From Phoronis australis (taxonomy: Eukaryota; Animalia; Phoronida), in assembly GCA_002633005.1 (NCBI GenBank), contig NMRA01000217.1, forward strand, positions 310,001 through 374,000: DNA of 64,000 bases, written 5' to 3'. Positions 30,401-38,389 of the stretch are shown here, in pieces. Under the pieces are notes generated by a model. That model made no database searches. It was not told the origin of the DNA and was given only the letters and a program-made list of their open reading frames with translations. The stretch's first letter is position 1. Every line of letters starts with the position of its first letter. The position numbers and the translations under genes are program-made.

Positions 30401-33400
30401 AGAAAAATGTCCAAATTTGGGGAACTTCGGAACATTATTGGTGATCCGATTCATTTGAAACTTTTAGATACTATGAATTGTGTATGTTGTCTGGTTTATC
30501 TCCTGTTTAGGCTCCTACGTCTGTCGTCTGACACCTCAGCACACAAGCAGTGAAGCTGTCAGCAGTCTCGAGACACTCGTCCAGATACAAGCATTGCTGC
30601 CCTCTGGTGAAGATCAGCCTCAAGTGTTGTCGTCAGTCGTCAGTATTCCCTTCCTACCAGCCTTCACCATTCTGACGCAGGAAGTCGTACTCTCTAACCT
30701 GCAGCCTCTCTCTGGTATCCGCCTGATTGTGGCGTCGTCTGTAGCTGAACATCTTCAGGTGGGACGTAGTACCATATACTTATGTTCACACCACCCTCAG
30801 ATATCATATCGTGATATTTTTGGTAAAATTTGATGGCGATGTCTACAACTTGTTTCTCAATGAAACAACTTTTGTGATTTTAGTTTGAAGTTAAACATTT
30901 GGTGCAGCTTAAAATAGTTAATACTATTCATTTGTTGCTATTGAATAATGTGTTGGTATTCATTTGTTGCTATTGAATAATGTGTTGGTATTCATTTGTT
31001 GCTATTGAATAATGTGTGGGTATTCATTTGTTGCTATTGAATAATGTGGGTATTCATTTGTTGCTATTGAATAATGTGTTGGTATTCATTTGTAGTAATT
31101 ATTACCTATCCCTATTACTGTTCATTGTTATTATTTTCTATTATAATTACCACTGTACTTTCAGCTCCACTCCAGCCGTCAATCTCTCGTAGAAATTCTG
31201 GCTCTGACTAAGGATGAACAGTCAGACAACGTCATGTTAGTCCCTGTCCAGTTGAAAGAGGATGTGACGCAATCAGAGCTGTCTGACCAAGAAGTGCTCG
31301 TCCAGATCTCCTGCGAGCAGACCGGTCAGCGCGTTGAAGTCTTGGTCAAGTTTAAATGGATTGGCCAGAGATTGGAGCTGGGCATGGCCAGTAAGCATTA
31401 AATAGCTTTCAGTTTTATTATGAAAAATATAATGTGCTGGAAAGCATAGTTTTCAAATCATGACAATGTTTCCTGTAAATAGACAAGAAACCTGCTCCTT
31501 CTTACAAAATACATCTTCTAAATGTAAACTATTTGTTATTAAGTTGCCCCTGGCCAATCTTTCCCTCACTTTGATTAGGAATTAGTTCTGGACCTGTGAA
31601 AAACTGCTCCTGATCAGGTCCTTAAAATAGTTTGATACGATTATGTACCATGATTAGAGGCGATTTAACGCGGCCAATTTGAGGTTGTCTAGGACCCGAA
31701 TAAATTATCTCAATCCTAAGTCAAATATGGAAAAAACTGCTTTGTCAACCGTTAAAAGTATTATAATTTTTGAAAGAAGAATGATTGGGGATTCTAAAAA
31801 TATGCTTCTTACTACCTTGTCTTTATTATTGTCACGTGACCACATTTTTTAAGTCAATTTTTTCATGTGCAAGAAATGTGCATTCATAGCAAAATAGCTT
31901 CCTCCTCCCCAAGCTGATTTTACTAAAACTTGTATCTCAAAAAACCTGTTTAGGATTTTGCTTTAAAATGCGTAGTTTTCGCATACCAGGTGATATACGA
32001 GTAAGACCGCCGCTGTTTTAGTGAGAAGCTTATTTTAGAATCCTACATCTTTCTTCTTTCAGAAAATATACTTTTAATGGTTGAAAAAGGCATATCTTTT
32101 GATATTTGACGTGGTCCTAGATAACCTTAAACAAAGAATAAGAACACAATAATGTTGTTTTGGAAGTTTGTGAAGAATGTGGATTTTTAACACAGATCAT
32201 TGTTAATAACCGGCTGTTAATAAAATTAACACAAAAAATTACGAAAAAGAATCGGTCGGTAGTTGTTTAAAAGTTTTTGGCTCAGGGTAAATTTGGCTGT
32301 TCGACAGGAAAAAATGGTAAAATCTGACCAATTTCGGACAAAAATAATTGCTGAATTGATCTTTTTTTCATTTTTAAAGGCCCACCACGTTATTGTGAAT
32401 GCCTGTATTTTTTGAAAAACCATCTTATGGTTGCTATGTCATACAATTGAAGACTGGTCAAGCCTTCTATTTCAAGTGCTTCACCTCTTTTATGAAAAAA
32501 TGAAAAGAAATTAAATTTCAATTGTCTGCCATACTGTGGTCCTAAATTGGTGATGTTCCATAGTTAAAAATATGAAAATTACTGACAGTCACGTCTGGAG
32601 TAATTGTGATTCTTTTATTACTAAAGGGATTTTGTTTTTCTTTTTTTAACATTTACACCTGTAAGGTTTAATATTTCTCCTGCAAACCTTGTAAATGCAT
32701 CATCCACTTGTTTCAAGCTATTGATCTCAGGTCTTCTGCATTTCTTTTAAGGTGCTCCCTGCAGTCGTTAGCAGCAAGGCCATTGGTCATTGGTCATTTT
32801 ACTAAAGCACTACACTGATGTACTGATTTCGTTGTAGGCCAGAAGATGCCTGTTGAGGAGACTGGCTGGGCCAAGCTATTTCAAGTGGTTGCTAACAACT
32901 ACCAGACGTGGATATTCCTACTGCTGTGCCTGGTCGCAACACTCGGAGCCATTATCATCGGTAAGCTCTCTAGACTGTTTGAAGTAAAAGATAAACCACA
33001 GGTGACAAATTTATGTTCTGTCGTTTGGAAGCGAGTCGGCAAACGGTCATGGACCAGTTGGAAAAATAGGCAATTGGTCGCCGCCTAATGTTTGGCAAAC
33101 GGTACGGCCGACTGCAGTGCCGATTTCAATTCAAGCTCTTCAATATTCCCTACATGTTGAGCCAATGCGCCTTGGTATGTGTTGATGATTTATTAATTGT
33201 CCTGGATTTCCAGCCCAGGGGACAAGCATGGTGCATATTGAGCTAAAGACTCCCAACAGACTGTTGCTTGTCAGGGCGGAGTCAGCTAGACGACCAGGCA
33301 ACACCGGTCAGCGACTTGCTACCGGTCAAACAAAAAATAGATAGTTCCTTTCCTGTTGTCTATTAGGATAGCTACATATGTCATTACGTCACACCCCAAG

Positions 33401-35016
33401 TGACTACTCCAAACTTGAGACGCACAATGTGGTGGTGGTTTATTTACTTCCTCTGAAGGATTTGTTTACACAAATAAAAATCAACAAAAGTACCTTTTTT
33501 ATAATCTTTAGCTCTTTCCACAGCATCTGTACAGATTACCATATTGACAACGAGGTGACTAAAGCAGAGGTTTAACTGGTGATTTTCAATCTTGACATTT
33601 GACCTATAAAGTTCCTTAGAGATGTGGCAAGAGCTAGAACCAAGGTTGCAGAATCTCCTTGACTACCCCCAGTACACTGATGTCACAATTTCTGTTCCTA
33701 TCAGTTTTACGAGAACCTGAATCAATGAGGCTTTATGCTTATCAAAACTTGCAACAAAAAATTGGTAATGTTTTCAACAGTCAGTGTCATTTTGTAAAGA
33801 TTTCAAAACTGACAGTATTTTGGAAAAAGCTCTTCAAAATGGACGCCATTTTAGATTGTAGCTGCTTGACATCTGGCTTTCTGTCATGCCGTGAGAAATG
33901 CGTTAATACAGACCTTGCTACACCCAGACTAGGCTAGGGGAGGTGCTTTTTCCCAGCCAAGCAGCAAGTCAAGCTTACTCATTGACATGCCCGAGTTAAA
34001 TGAGCATGTAAATCTTTGTTAGAATGTACTGCACTTGTAATTATTTCTGCCAGAATAGGTTTATCGTATTGGAAACACAAATGGTATCATGGTAACACGC
34101 CGTCTGCAAGTAATCGGGGTAAGTGGACTGTAATTTGTAAAGGCAACTTATGAATGGTGCATTACTTAAGCGATTATGGCTCTTCATTGTTTTGTCTAGC
34201 CTACCAAGCCGTGCTCGGTTCCCGCTCTTCATACAGCCAACCTGACCCCAGTATTTTCTTACGCCCGGGCAGCCCCCCAGCCCCTTACTATGGAAGTCCT
34301 CAAGGTAAGAAGTACTGCTAGGGTGTTGATTTGTTTTCAACTCCATAGAAGCGGTAGTTGTTTCATAATTTAGCATCAGTACGCAAATCGGATTTTTGTG
34401 TAGAAAATAAAGAATTTCAAAGAAAATTGGGATGCTATCATCACTATCTGGTGGTTTGAAAGATAGTGCTGTCAGTAAACATGCAATGTTAACTTGAAAC
34501 TCATGGATCATTTTCTTGTTCATTTGTACAAACTTTGGCCTTTCATGTGTGCTGTGTATCATTGTCAAGATCATGTTTTAGATTGTCAAGAGATTTGGTA
34601 TGTTAATTTAGACATTGTTTAGGTCTTCGACTACCATTCACTCCAGTAATTCAACATTGAGATGTAGTTGTTCAGTCAGGTTTGTTAGCAACCTGTTTCA
34701 TGTAGGTTGACACAGTTGTATGGTTAATCCAAAAACTCTAACAAGAATCTTACATGGGCTTTGCATGATGTTGCTCTCCTCGCAATAGAATGCTGTTAGT
34801 GAAAGTGACACCAATCTGCAACTTGCGACAAGTTGAGGATATCAGATGTAGTTTATGGTCTGCGTGTTAAATGTATGCGGTGATTCTATTTCAGCCGCGT
34901 CCCCCAAGTCATTCATTATGACTGGTGGGGGTGACTCTCCCCAGCTGTGGAGTACTGGATACAGCCCCCAGGAGTCAATGTACAGACGAAGCCCTCACAA
35001 CAATAGCTCATATTAG
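337..35016 (+). CDS. NUP210: Nuclear pore membrane glycoprotein 210 (gp210), multi-exon gene; 5' part lies upstream of the window
   Basis: 35 GT-AG-bounded exons join in consistent phase into one ORF with gp210-like segments (GNTFSSLEGLKFEW, GGSGSYDWSS, GGPQPWVLDPSKY, GGSGHF, VFPPLRLNPRNIT, GGPQPQSSVEF, SPFTFGSAIPGLFFHWS), a single C-terminal TM helix and a Ser/Pro-rich tail with LWS. Family recognised from memory, no database search run. Confidence 0.96.
739..889 (+). CDS. NUP210: NUP210 exon
   Basis: tttcag|...|gtatgt; FQTFTQSAYETPPHI...KLLEEAFL. Confidence 0.9.
1010..1669. repeat. Satellite-like repeat with ~150-bp subunits and ~454-bp higher-order period, running into an N-gap
   Basis: Recurrent ...GCC(C/A/T)CCTAGTGGC... 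and TGAAATTTGGTA motifs; ~1070-1215 is nearly identical to ~1525-1669. Confidence 0.75.
1670..2318. other. Assembly gap
   Basis: Run of N; flanking NUP210 exons join without a missing exon. Confidence 1.
2319..2380 (+). repeat. 16-bp G-rich minisatellite at the gap edge
   Basis: GGACAGGTGGC(G/T)AAGG x ~4, truncated by Ns. Confidence 0.85.
2476..2605 (+). CDS. NUP210: NUP210 exon
   Basis: gacag|...|gtactc; NVPEANVRLVVIANVMVVPSEVYIMP... Confidence 0.9.
3500..3720. mobile_element. Dispersed non-autonomous repeat family (related copies at ~12580-12720, ~13160-13330, ~27620-27760, ~36500-36670)
   Basis: Shared core GTTATTGCTTGAGACCAGGC...GGCTTGTCA...TCATTTT seen on both strands. Confidence 0.65.
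3902..4030 (+). CDS. NUP210: NUP210 exon followed by a U12-type donor
   Basis: ttgcag|...|gtatccttt; VTMPNNQYYLELE...LVLKDK. Confidence 0.9.
4031..4910 (+). other. U12-type (minor spliceosome) GT-AG intron in NUP210
   Basis: Donor GTATCCTTT equals the U12 consensus; TCCTTATC branch-like motif at 4894-4901 just before CAG 4908-4910; no strong polypyrimidine tract. Confidence 0.85.
4911..4979 (+). CDS. NUP210: NUP210 exon
   Basis: cag|...|gtatgt; INLGESFSEPTSLIHVVHPKSI. Confidence 0.88.
6085..6185 (+). CDS. NUP210: NUP210 exon
   Basis: tttcag|...|gtaagt; FDILPGRKWNIIVGREYEIFIEIYEEHKIHISD. Confidence 0.9.
6256..6350. repeat. 30-bp tandem repeat x3
   Basis: TGTGTTAAGGTTATGTTCTATTGATA(C/A)GTC. 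Confidence 0.9.
7004..7141 (+). CDS. NUP210: NUP210 exon
   Basis: ctcag|...|gttggt; QRMVAKFPSDYLQVLHSSENGTYHIV... Confidence 0.9.
7815..7955 (+). CDS. NUP210: NUP210 exon
   Basis: tgtag|...|gtattg; DGTESKLAFPIDGAQNVELYSPVQVTPSVVAFPWHP... Confidence 0.9.
9433..9585 (+). CDS. NUP210: NUP210 exon
   Basis: cctag|...|gtgcgt; ATGGSGSYDWSSSRVGVVSVNNKG... Confidence 0.9.
10444..10546 (+). CDS. NUP210: NUP210 exon
   Basis: gacag|...|gtcagt; VHVLPPSDMKFLPSPVEAEIGSNLQLPL... Confidence 0.9.
10747..11005 (+). mobile_element. ~255-bp MITE (CAGGGCTTGGAAT TIR family), degenerate copy
   Basis: Colinear with copies at 18764, 41781 and 42783. Confidence 0.75.
11419..11763 (+). CDS. NUP210: NUP210 exon
   Basis: ggcag|...|gtgagt; GHKVAFKDCRKLPL...GGPQPWVLDPSKYYEK. 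Confidence 0.9.
12144..12203 (+). CDS. NUP210: NUP210 exon (60 nt)
   Basis: ttacag|...|gtaagt; VPEDSEVVSIQQSVLSGRS; phase 1-1. Confidence 0.8.
14050..14170 (+). CDS. NUP210: NUP210 exon
   Basis: tttcag|...|gtatgg; ITHSFRVLCRDLKEQQLQMSVGNGPTTSNQFPA... Confidence 0.9.
14539..14638 (+). CDS. NUP210: NUP210 exon
   Basis: ttacag|...|gtaaga; LACSPPASLYLQP...PPCPIAQDANDR. Confidence 0.9.
15568..15754 (+). CDS. NUP210: NUP210 exon
   Basis: cttag|...|gtttgt; IPVDFNQDLEIDVIVTDNQGRRFHNFSSLAFHW... Confidence 0.9.
16603..16916 (+). CDS. NUP210: NUP210 exon
   Basis: ttctag|...|gtgagt; ...LFNHPSSKIGLSVIGGSGHF...RKIL. Confidence 0.9.
17290..17418 (+). CDS. NUP210: NUP210 exon
   Basis: ttcag|...|gtgagt; VVPFNDGDTKVTAFDLCL...LKVLDK. 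Confidence 0.9.
18013..18140 (+). CDS. NUP210: NUP210 exon
   Basis: ttcag|...|gtaggt; VEVHHELHASAQLLDERGRP... Confidence 0.9.
18429..18630 (+). CDS. NUP210: NUP210 exon
   Basis: tttcag|...|gtatgc; ...IQVFPPLRLNPRNITMIIGSLFQ. Confidence 0.92.
18764..19022 (+). mobile_element. ~255-bp hAT-like MITE
   Basis: TIRs CAGGGCTTGGAAT ... ATTCCAAGCCCTA. Confidence 0.8.
19342..19521 (+). CDS. NUP210: NUP210 exon
   Basis: cccag|...|gtcagt; VSAYGGPQPQSSVEF...TIVYSQ. Confidence 0.92.
20309..20389 (+). CDS. NUP210: NUP210 exon
   Basis: tgcag|...|gtgggt; DEVTVYVVELTGIKIFTPLTRLQTGSE. Confidence 0.9.
20932..21063 (+). CDS. NUP210: NUP210 exon
   Basis: ctacag|...|gtgaga; MQVYATGVNDQISPFTFGSAIPGLFFHWS... Confidence 0.92.
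22100..22255 (+). CDS. NUP210: NUP210 exon
   Basis: ttctag|...|gtgagt; SDIVVGDVNNFAMRL...LSDDVQIR. Confidence 0.9.
22501..22592 (+). CDS. NUP210: NUP210 exon
   Basis: ttcag|...|gtaagt; VFEQLRLLNP...LLITPNTEMLVKTNR. Confidence 0.9.
22650..22770. repeat. 18-bp minisatellite x ~6.5
   Basis: TCTGC(G/T)ATCAAAATGTCG; explains the spurious SSAIKM ORF. Confidence 0.9.
23486..23540. other. Assembly gap
   Basis: Run of N; flanking exons join as TNR|EGSA. Confidence 1.
24535..24709 (+). CDS. NUP210: NUP210 exon
   Basis: tttcag|...|gtgagg; EGSARLEYSVL...EDFGVNHSLAIIVK. Confidence 0.9.
25154..25411 (+). CDS. NUP210: NUP210 exon, copy A of a duplicated exon
   Basis: cgtag|...|gtagct; 258 nt, phase 0-0; VKSVAYL...FHDDIGERFHST...TVLK. 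Confidence 0.75.
25453..25686. mobile_element. End of an insertion (PIF/Harbinger-like MITE) present only upstream of exon copy B
   Basis: Ends ...GCTGGAACAGCCC directly before TTA, where similarity to copy A begins. Confidence 0.5.
25968..26225 (+). CDS. NUP210: NUP210 exon, copy B of a duplicated exon
   Basis: cgtag|...|gtagct; 258 nt, 5 substitutions vs copy A (FHAT vs FHST). Confidence 0.75.
26493..26625 (+). CDS. NUP210: NUP210 exon
   Basis: tgtag|...|gtaatt; VWDEDNPRLADYISI...LGDVVCF... Confidence 0.9.
27900..28030 (+). CDS. NUP210: NUP210 exon
   Basis: cttag|...|gtgggt; YKGVWSSTG...VATYTE. Confidence 0.88.
28789..28912 (+). CDS. NUP210: NUP210 exon
   Basis: tgcag|...|gtattt; VSVEPVRTVTM...GNLK. 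Confidence 0.85.
29187..29333 (+). CDS. NUP210: NUP210 exon
   Basis: ttcag|...|gtgagt; PNCSAVVASANF...PFQC...FDAQL. Confidence 0.85.
30511..30758 (+). CDS. NUP210: NUP210 exon
   Basis: tttag|...|gtggga; SYVCRLTP...IPFLPAF...EHLQ. Confidence 0.88.
30925..31093. repeat. 32-bp minisatellite x ~5
   Basis: TATTCATTTGTTGCTATTGAATAATGTGTTGG. Confidence 0.92.
31165..31390 (+). CDS. NUP210: NUP210 exon
   Basis: tttcag|...|gtaagc; LHSSRQSLVEIL...CEQTGQRVEVLVK... Confidence 0.85.
31679..32131. mobile_element. Degenerate MITE with TTAA-type flank (Kolobok/piggyBac-like)
   Basis: Imperfect inverted termini TTGAGGTTGTCTAGGACC ... GGTCCTAGATAACCTTAA. Confidence 0.55.
32838..32960 (+). CDS. NUP210: NUP210 exon encoding the transmembrane helix
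   Basis: tgtag|...|gtaagc; NNYQTWIFLLLCLVATLGAIII. Confidence 0.9.
34059..34118 (+). CDS. NUP210: Candidate 60-nt cassette exon of NUP210 (juxtamembrane)
   Basis: aatag|...|gtaagt; phase 1-1, open frame GLSYWKHKWYHGNTPSASNR; not needed for ORF continuity. Confidence 0.45.
34200..34304 (+). CDS. NUP210: NUP210 exon, C-terminal tail
   Basis: tctag|...|gtaaga; AYQAVLGSRSSYSQPDPSIFLRPGSPPAPYYGSPQ. Confidence 0.85.
34895..35016 (+). CDS. NUP210: NUP210 last coding exon
   Basis: tttcag|; AASPKSFIMTGGGDSPQLWSTGYSPQESMYRRSPHNNSSY then TAG at 35014-35016. Confidence 0.85.
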
Positions 35017-36727
35017 ACAATCAAGAGAAAAAACGCACAAAGTTGTTGCGTTTCATCAATGTTACGGTAAAACCCAAGAAGAGTGTCTGAGAGAATTTTG
35101 TTGAAACTTTTCTTGAGAGTGTTGACAGAAATGAAAGAAATGTTCACACATCTCTGCTCAAAGGAATGATCAGCTCAGGCAAAAATGACAAAAGGTCTGA
35201 AGAAAATGAAAGTCTGAAGACTGAAATGAAGGCTTTGGGAGATCACAATTCATTGAACAATTTCTTCTCGGAAGTGTGATGACCGTTGGACTACACCATT
35301 AAGCTGTGTACTACAGGGTGCATTTCTTGGTAGAATGTCTGCAGATATTGGATGGAAATTTTGTCTGTGTTGAGGATTTGTTGGATTAGGTGCGGTGCTG
35401 GTACAGCGTGCAATACAACGATACCTTAAGGAAGCTAGTCATGTGACCTGTCCACACAATCTCGGGACCATATGTAATGACTCTTCAGTATCAGCAGGTA
35501 CACCCCAAACGATCAGTGGGTTCTGCAGTGAGTGGGTAAATGTCATTAGGATCTCGCACATGGACAGCAATGCTGTTCTTTTTATGCATAATTTTTTGCC
35601 AGTTCTGTTATGAAATGAAAGTAATAACATTTGTGTATGTTTGATCCAGGCAGAGATAACTGAATAGTTCTGATTAATGTTGTCCCTTGCAGTCTGTTGC
35701 AGCCATGAGTCCAAATAGGTATCTATTGGAGGTTTAACAAAAATGCAGATATACTGACTGTCTGCTCAATAGTCAGCTCGAAGATGAAGACATTTATGGT
35801 CATGTCTGCGTCATTGTTTTATAGTACCGGTGATTACTGTTTACGAGTTTTGAAATACATCGTCATCTTTCTTTGGGGAACTTGCACGTGAATTCCTTAT
35901 CTCTGTGATTGCTTGGTCAGATTTGTTTGAAACACAACATACAGCGATGATGTGAATATGAAGGAGGATGAAATTTTTCAAATGTTTTAAGAATGAGTTT
36001 TGTGTTGAAAATGATCTGTCGTAAATCACCCAACTGTGTCCAGTACGTACCGTGACATGGTGTTGGGGGAAAAACACTGTATGATGTGGGTTAGAGCCCC
36101 CCCCCCAGATATGCCATTAGTGCAAAGGTCACCTATTTGCAGACTGATTTTTTTTTTTTCACATTTACAAGATGTCAATGAATACAACTGCACTTTGTTT
36201 AGCATAAATGGTGATCAAATACCATAGTCGTTTAGTTCTTACTATACATTAACACAGTTAGGAGCATGCAAACACATCTTTAAAATCTCAGTATGCAGTG
36301 ACAGTGAAGTCAATTTCCACTAGGAGAATAGATATTCTCACTGAATCAAGGATGTGAGGGTGATTCAAGAATGTGAAAATGGAATTAGTTATAGTGTTGG
36401 CTGCTAACCGATGTATCGACTGACTTTGATAACAGTTACCCTTGTTGCCACCAACGAAGCAAACTTTGATTTAGATCACTTGCAGCTTTGAAACTGATCT
36501 CAGGTTTTTCCTTACTCAGATAAGAAGTTGTTTCTCAGCTAGGTATGAAGTCACAGTCCATTATTGGTAGAGACTACTCTGTGAATAAAATGACACACTG
36601 TGACAAGCCAAACTGTGGTGCCTGGTCTCAAGGAGTGATGTTCTGTTAGTTTATTCAAAGCACAAAAATCTCTGATATGGTTTGGGAATAAGACAGTTTA
36701 ACTGCAATTAGTCTAAATCAAAGATGA

Positions 36728-36810
36728 TTTTTTATGGAAAATCAAAAGCGAGTTTTTTACGGAAAATCAAAAGCGGGTTTTTTACGGAAAATCAAAAGTG
36801 AGTTTTTTAA
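36728..36810. repeat. ~25-bp tandem repeat x3 in the putative NUP210 3' UTR
   Basis: TTTTTTA(C/T)GGAAAATCAAAAG(C/T)GAG. Confidence 0.85.
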
Positions 36811-37952
36811 TATGGAAATTGGGTTTTTAGCATAGTAAATGGTTCTGCATGTGTTGGCAGTTAAGGCGACAAGAAAATGTATAAAACTATTTTTAGTGAA
36901 AAGCACAATGGTTGTGAGACTGGTGTGAAAAGATTATTGGCTGTGGTGGGTCTTGCTTTCAACCCAGTTGCAGTTAACTGATGTGTGGTCAGGCTGTTAG
37001 CACAATTGAATAGTTTTTCAATTGCAATTCTTACTAACTTTATTCATTTATGGCATGTGGCTGCGCTCTTTATTTGATCTCAGTTTGTGGTACTGTAGAA
37101 ATTTTCTGGAATGAAAGTTATGATATTAATTTCGTGGATTTATATTTATATTTTGGTTGTAAATTTAGGTACTGGCAGAGATTTTTTGTTGTAAATATAA
37201 TTGAATAGTCTTTTTTAACCGTTGATATTTGTTTTAAGCATTCTTAGATACAACTGCTGGGATTTGATTTTTTCTAAAAATAATTGTTTCATTGTCTGTA
37301 AGATTTTGGCTGTTCAGTTTGAAGGAATTGACAGTCTACTGTCACTGGAAACAATCTGTTCTCAAGTCAAAAGCATGGTTTAAAGTGACATTATCTGCGA
37401 GGAAAATGATTTTCGAAGAGCTGCCTCAGTGTGGAATCTAAACTGCTAACCCTGCAAACACAGTCTAATGCTCAGCTGGCCAGCTAAATACCACTTGATA
37501 AATGGCAGTGATTCAAGTGTATTAAACTGGAAGACCAACTTGATTTCAATGACGGTCTGGCAGACACCGAAGAGTTTTGGCAGTTTGTGATAAAATTGCA
37601 AAAAGAACAGGTTACCAGTATGTTGTTTTATAGCTCTAGTCAATGCTAACATTCTCAAGAGGTCCATCCCATCCGATGATAAATTAAAAAAATGTTTTTT
37701 TTCAGTATTAAAAGCGATAGTGTCCCTTCAAATGTCTTTTGACAAGGCTCAATCATGTATTGGATGGTATGGTGTATACTTTGTATGTTTCCAGTTGTAG
37801 TTGCTTTTTTGACATTCAGTTGTCAAATTGTGTATGGGTGTAGTTGCTAAGCTGCACATCAAATTCCCTAGGTTTTGAAGAACACATCGTTTATAATTGT
37901 ATGTTCGTGTGTTTGTTGATGTCTGTGTGTGCGTATGTTTGTGCCTACTGTA

Positions 37953-37958
37953 AATAAA
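37953..37958 (+). promoter_or_regulatory. Candidate polyadenylation signal for NUP210 (alternative AATAAA at 36584)
   Basis: AATAAA at the end of a long T/GT-rich stretch downstream of the stop. Confidence 0.35.
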
Positions 37959-38174
37959 TGTTTATTAGAGAAAAAGTTTTTCTTGAACCATCAGTTCATT
38001 AGATACTCGCAATTCTCAGTTCTTCAAAATATTTTATCCACTTAATGATGCCTTATGAGGATGAGAAATTTGAGATACTCAGTGGTGCCATCTGGTAGCC
38101 TCTTGTGAAGTAAAAGAATATCAATGTGATTCTGATGCTGCTTAAATAGGCTTAAGTGTACTTCAGTGTTCTGA

Positions 38175-38389
38175 AGGGGCGGATCCAGGATTTTGCGTAA
38201 GGGGGGTCAGGGCACAGGAATAATCAGAATATCGCTACACGCGCGCGCCCAGCCTAAAATGTAGGGATGCAGGGTCTCCAACTTTTGTGTTTATGGACCT
38301 TATTACTAAAAACAAAAAGGTAAACGGGGTTTGTTCAAGACCTATCCGATGTGCATTCGCCCCCTGAGCCCCCTGGGTGCACCCGTATG
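38175..38389. mobile_element. Degenerate MITE
   Basis: Starts AGGGGCGGATCCAGGATTTT and ends with a decayed complement CCCCCTGGGTGCACCCGTATG. Confidence 0.5.
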
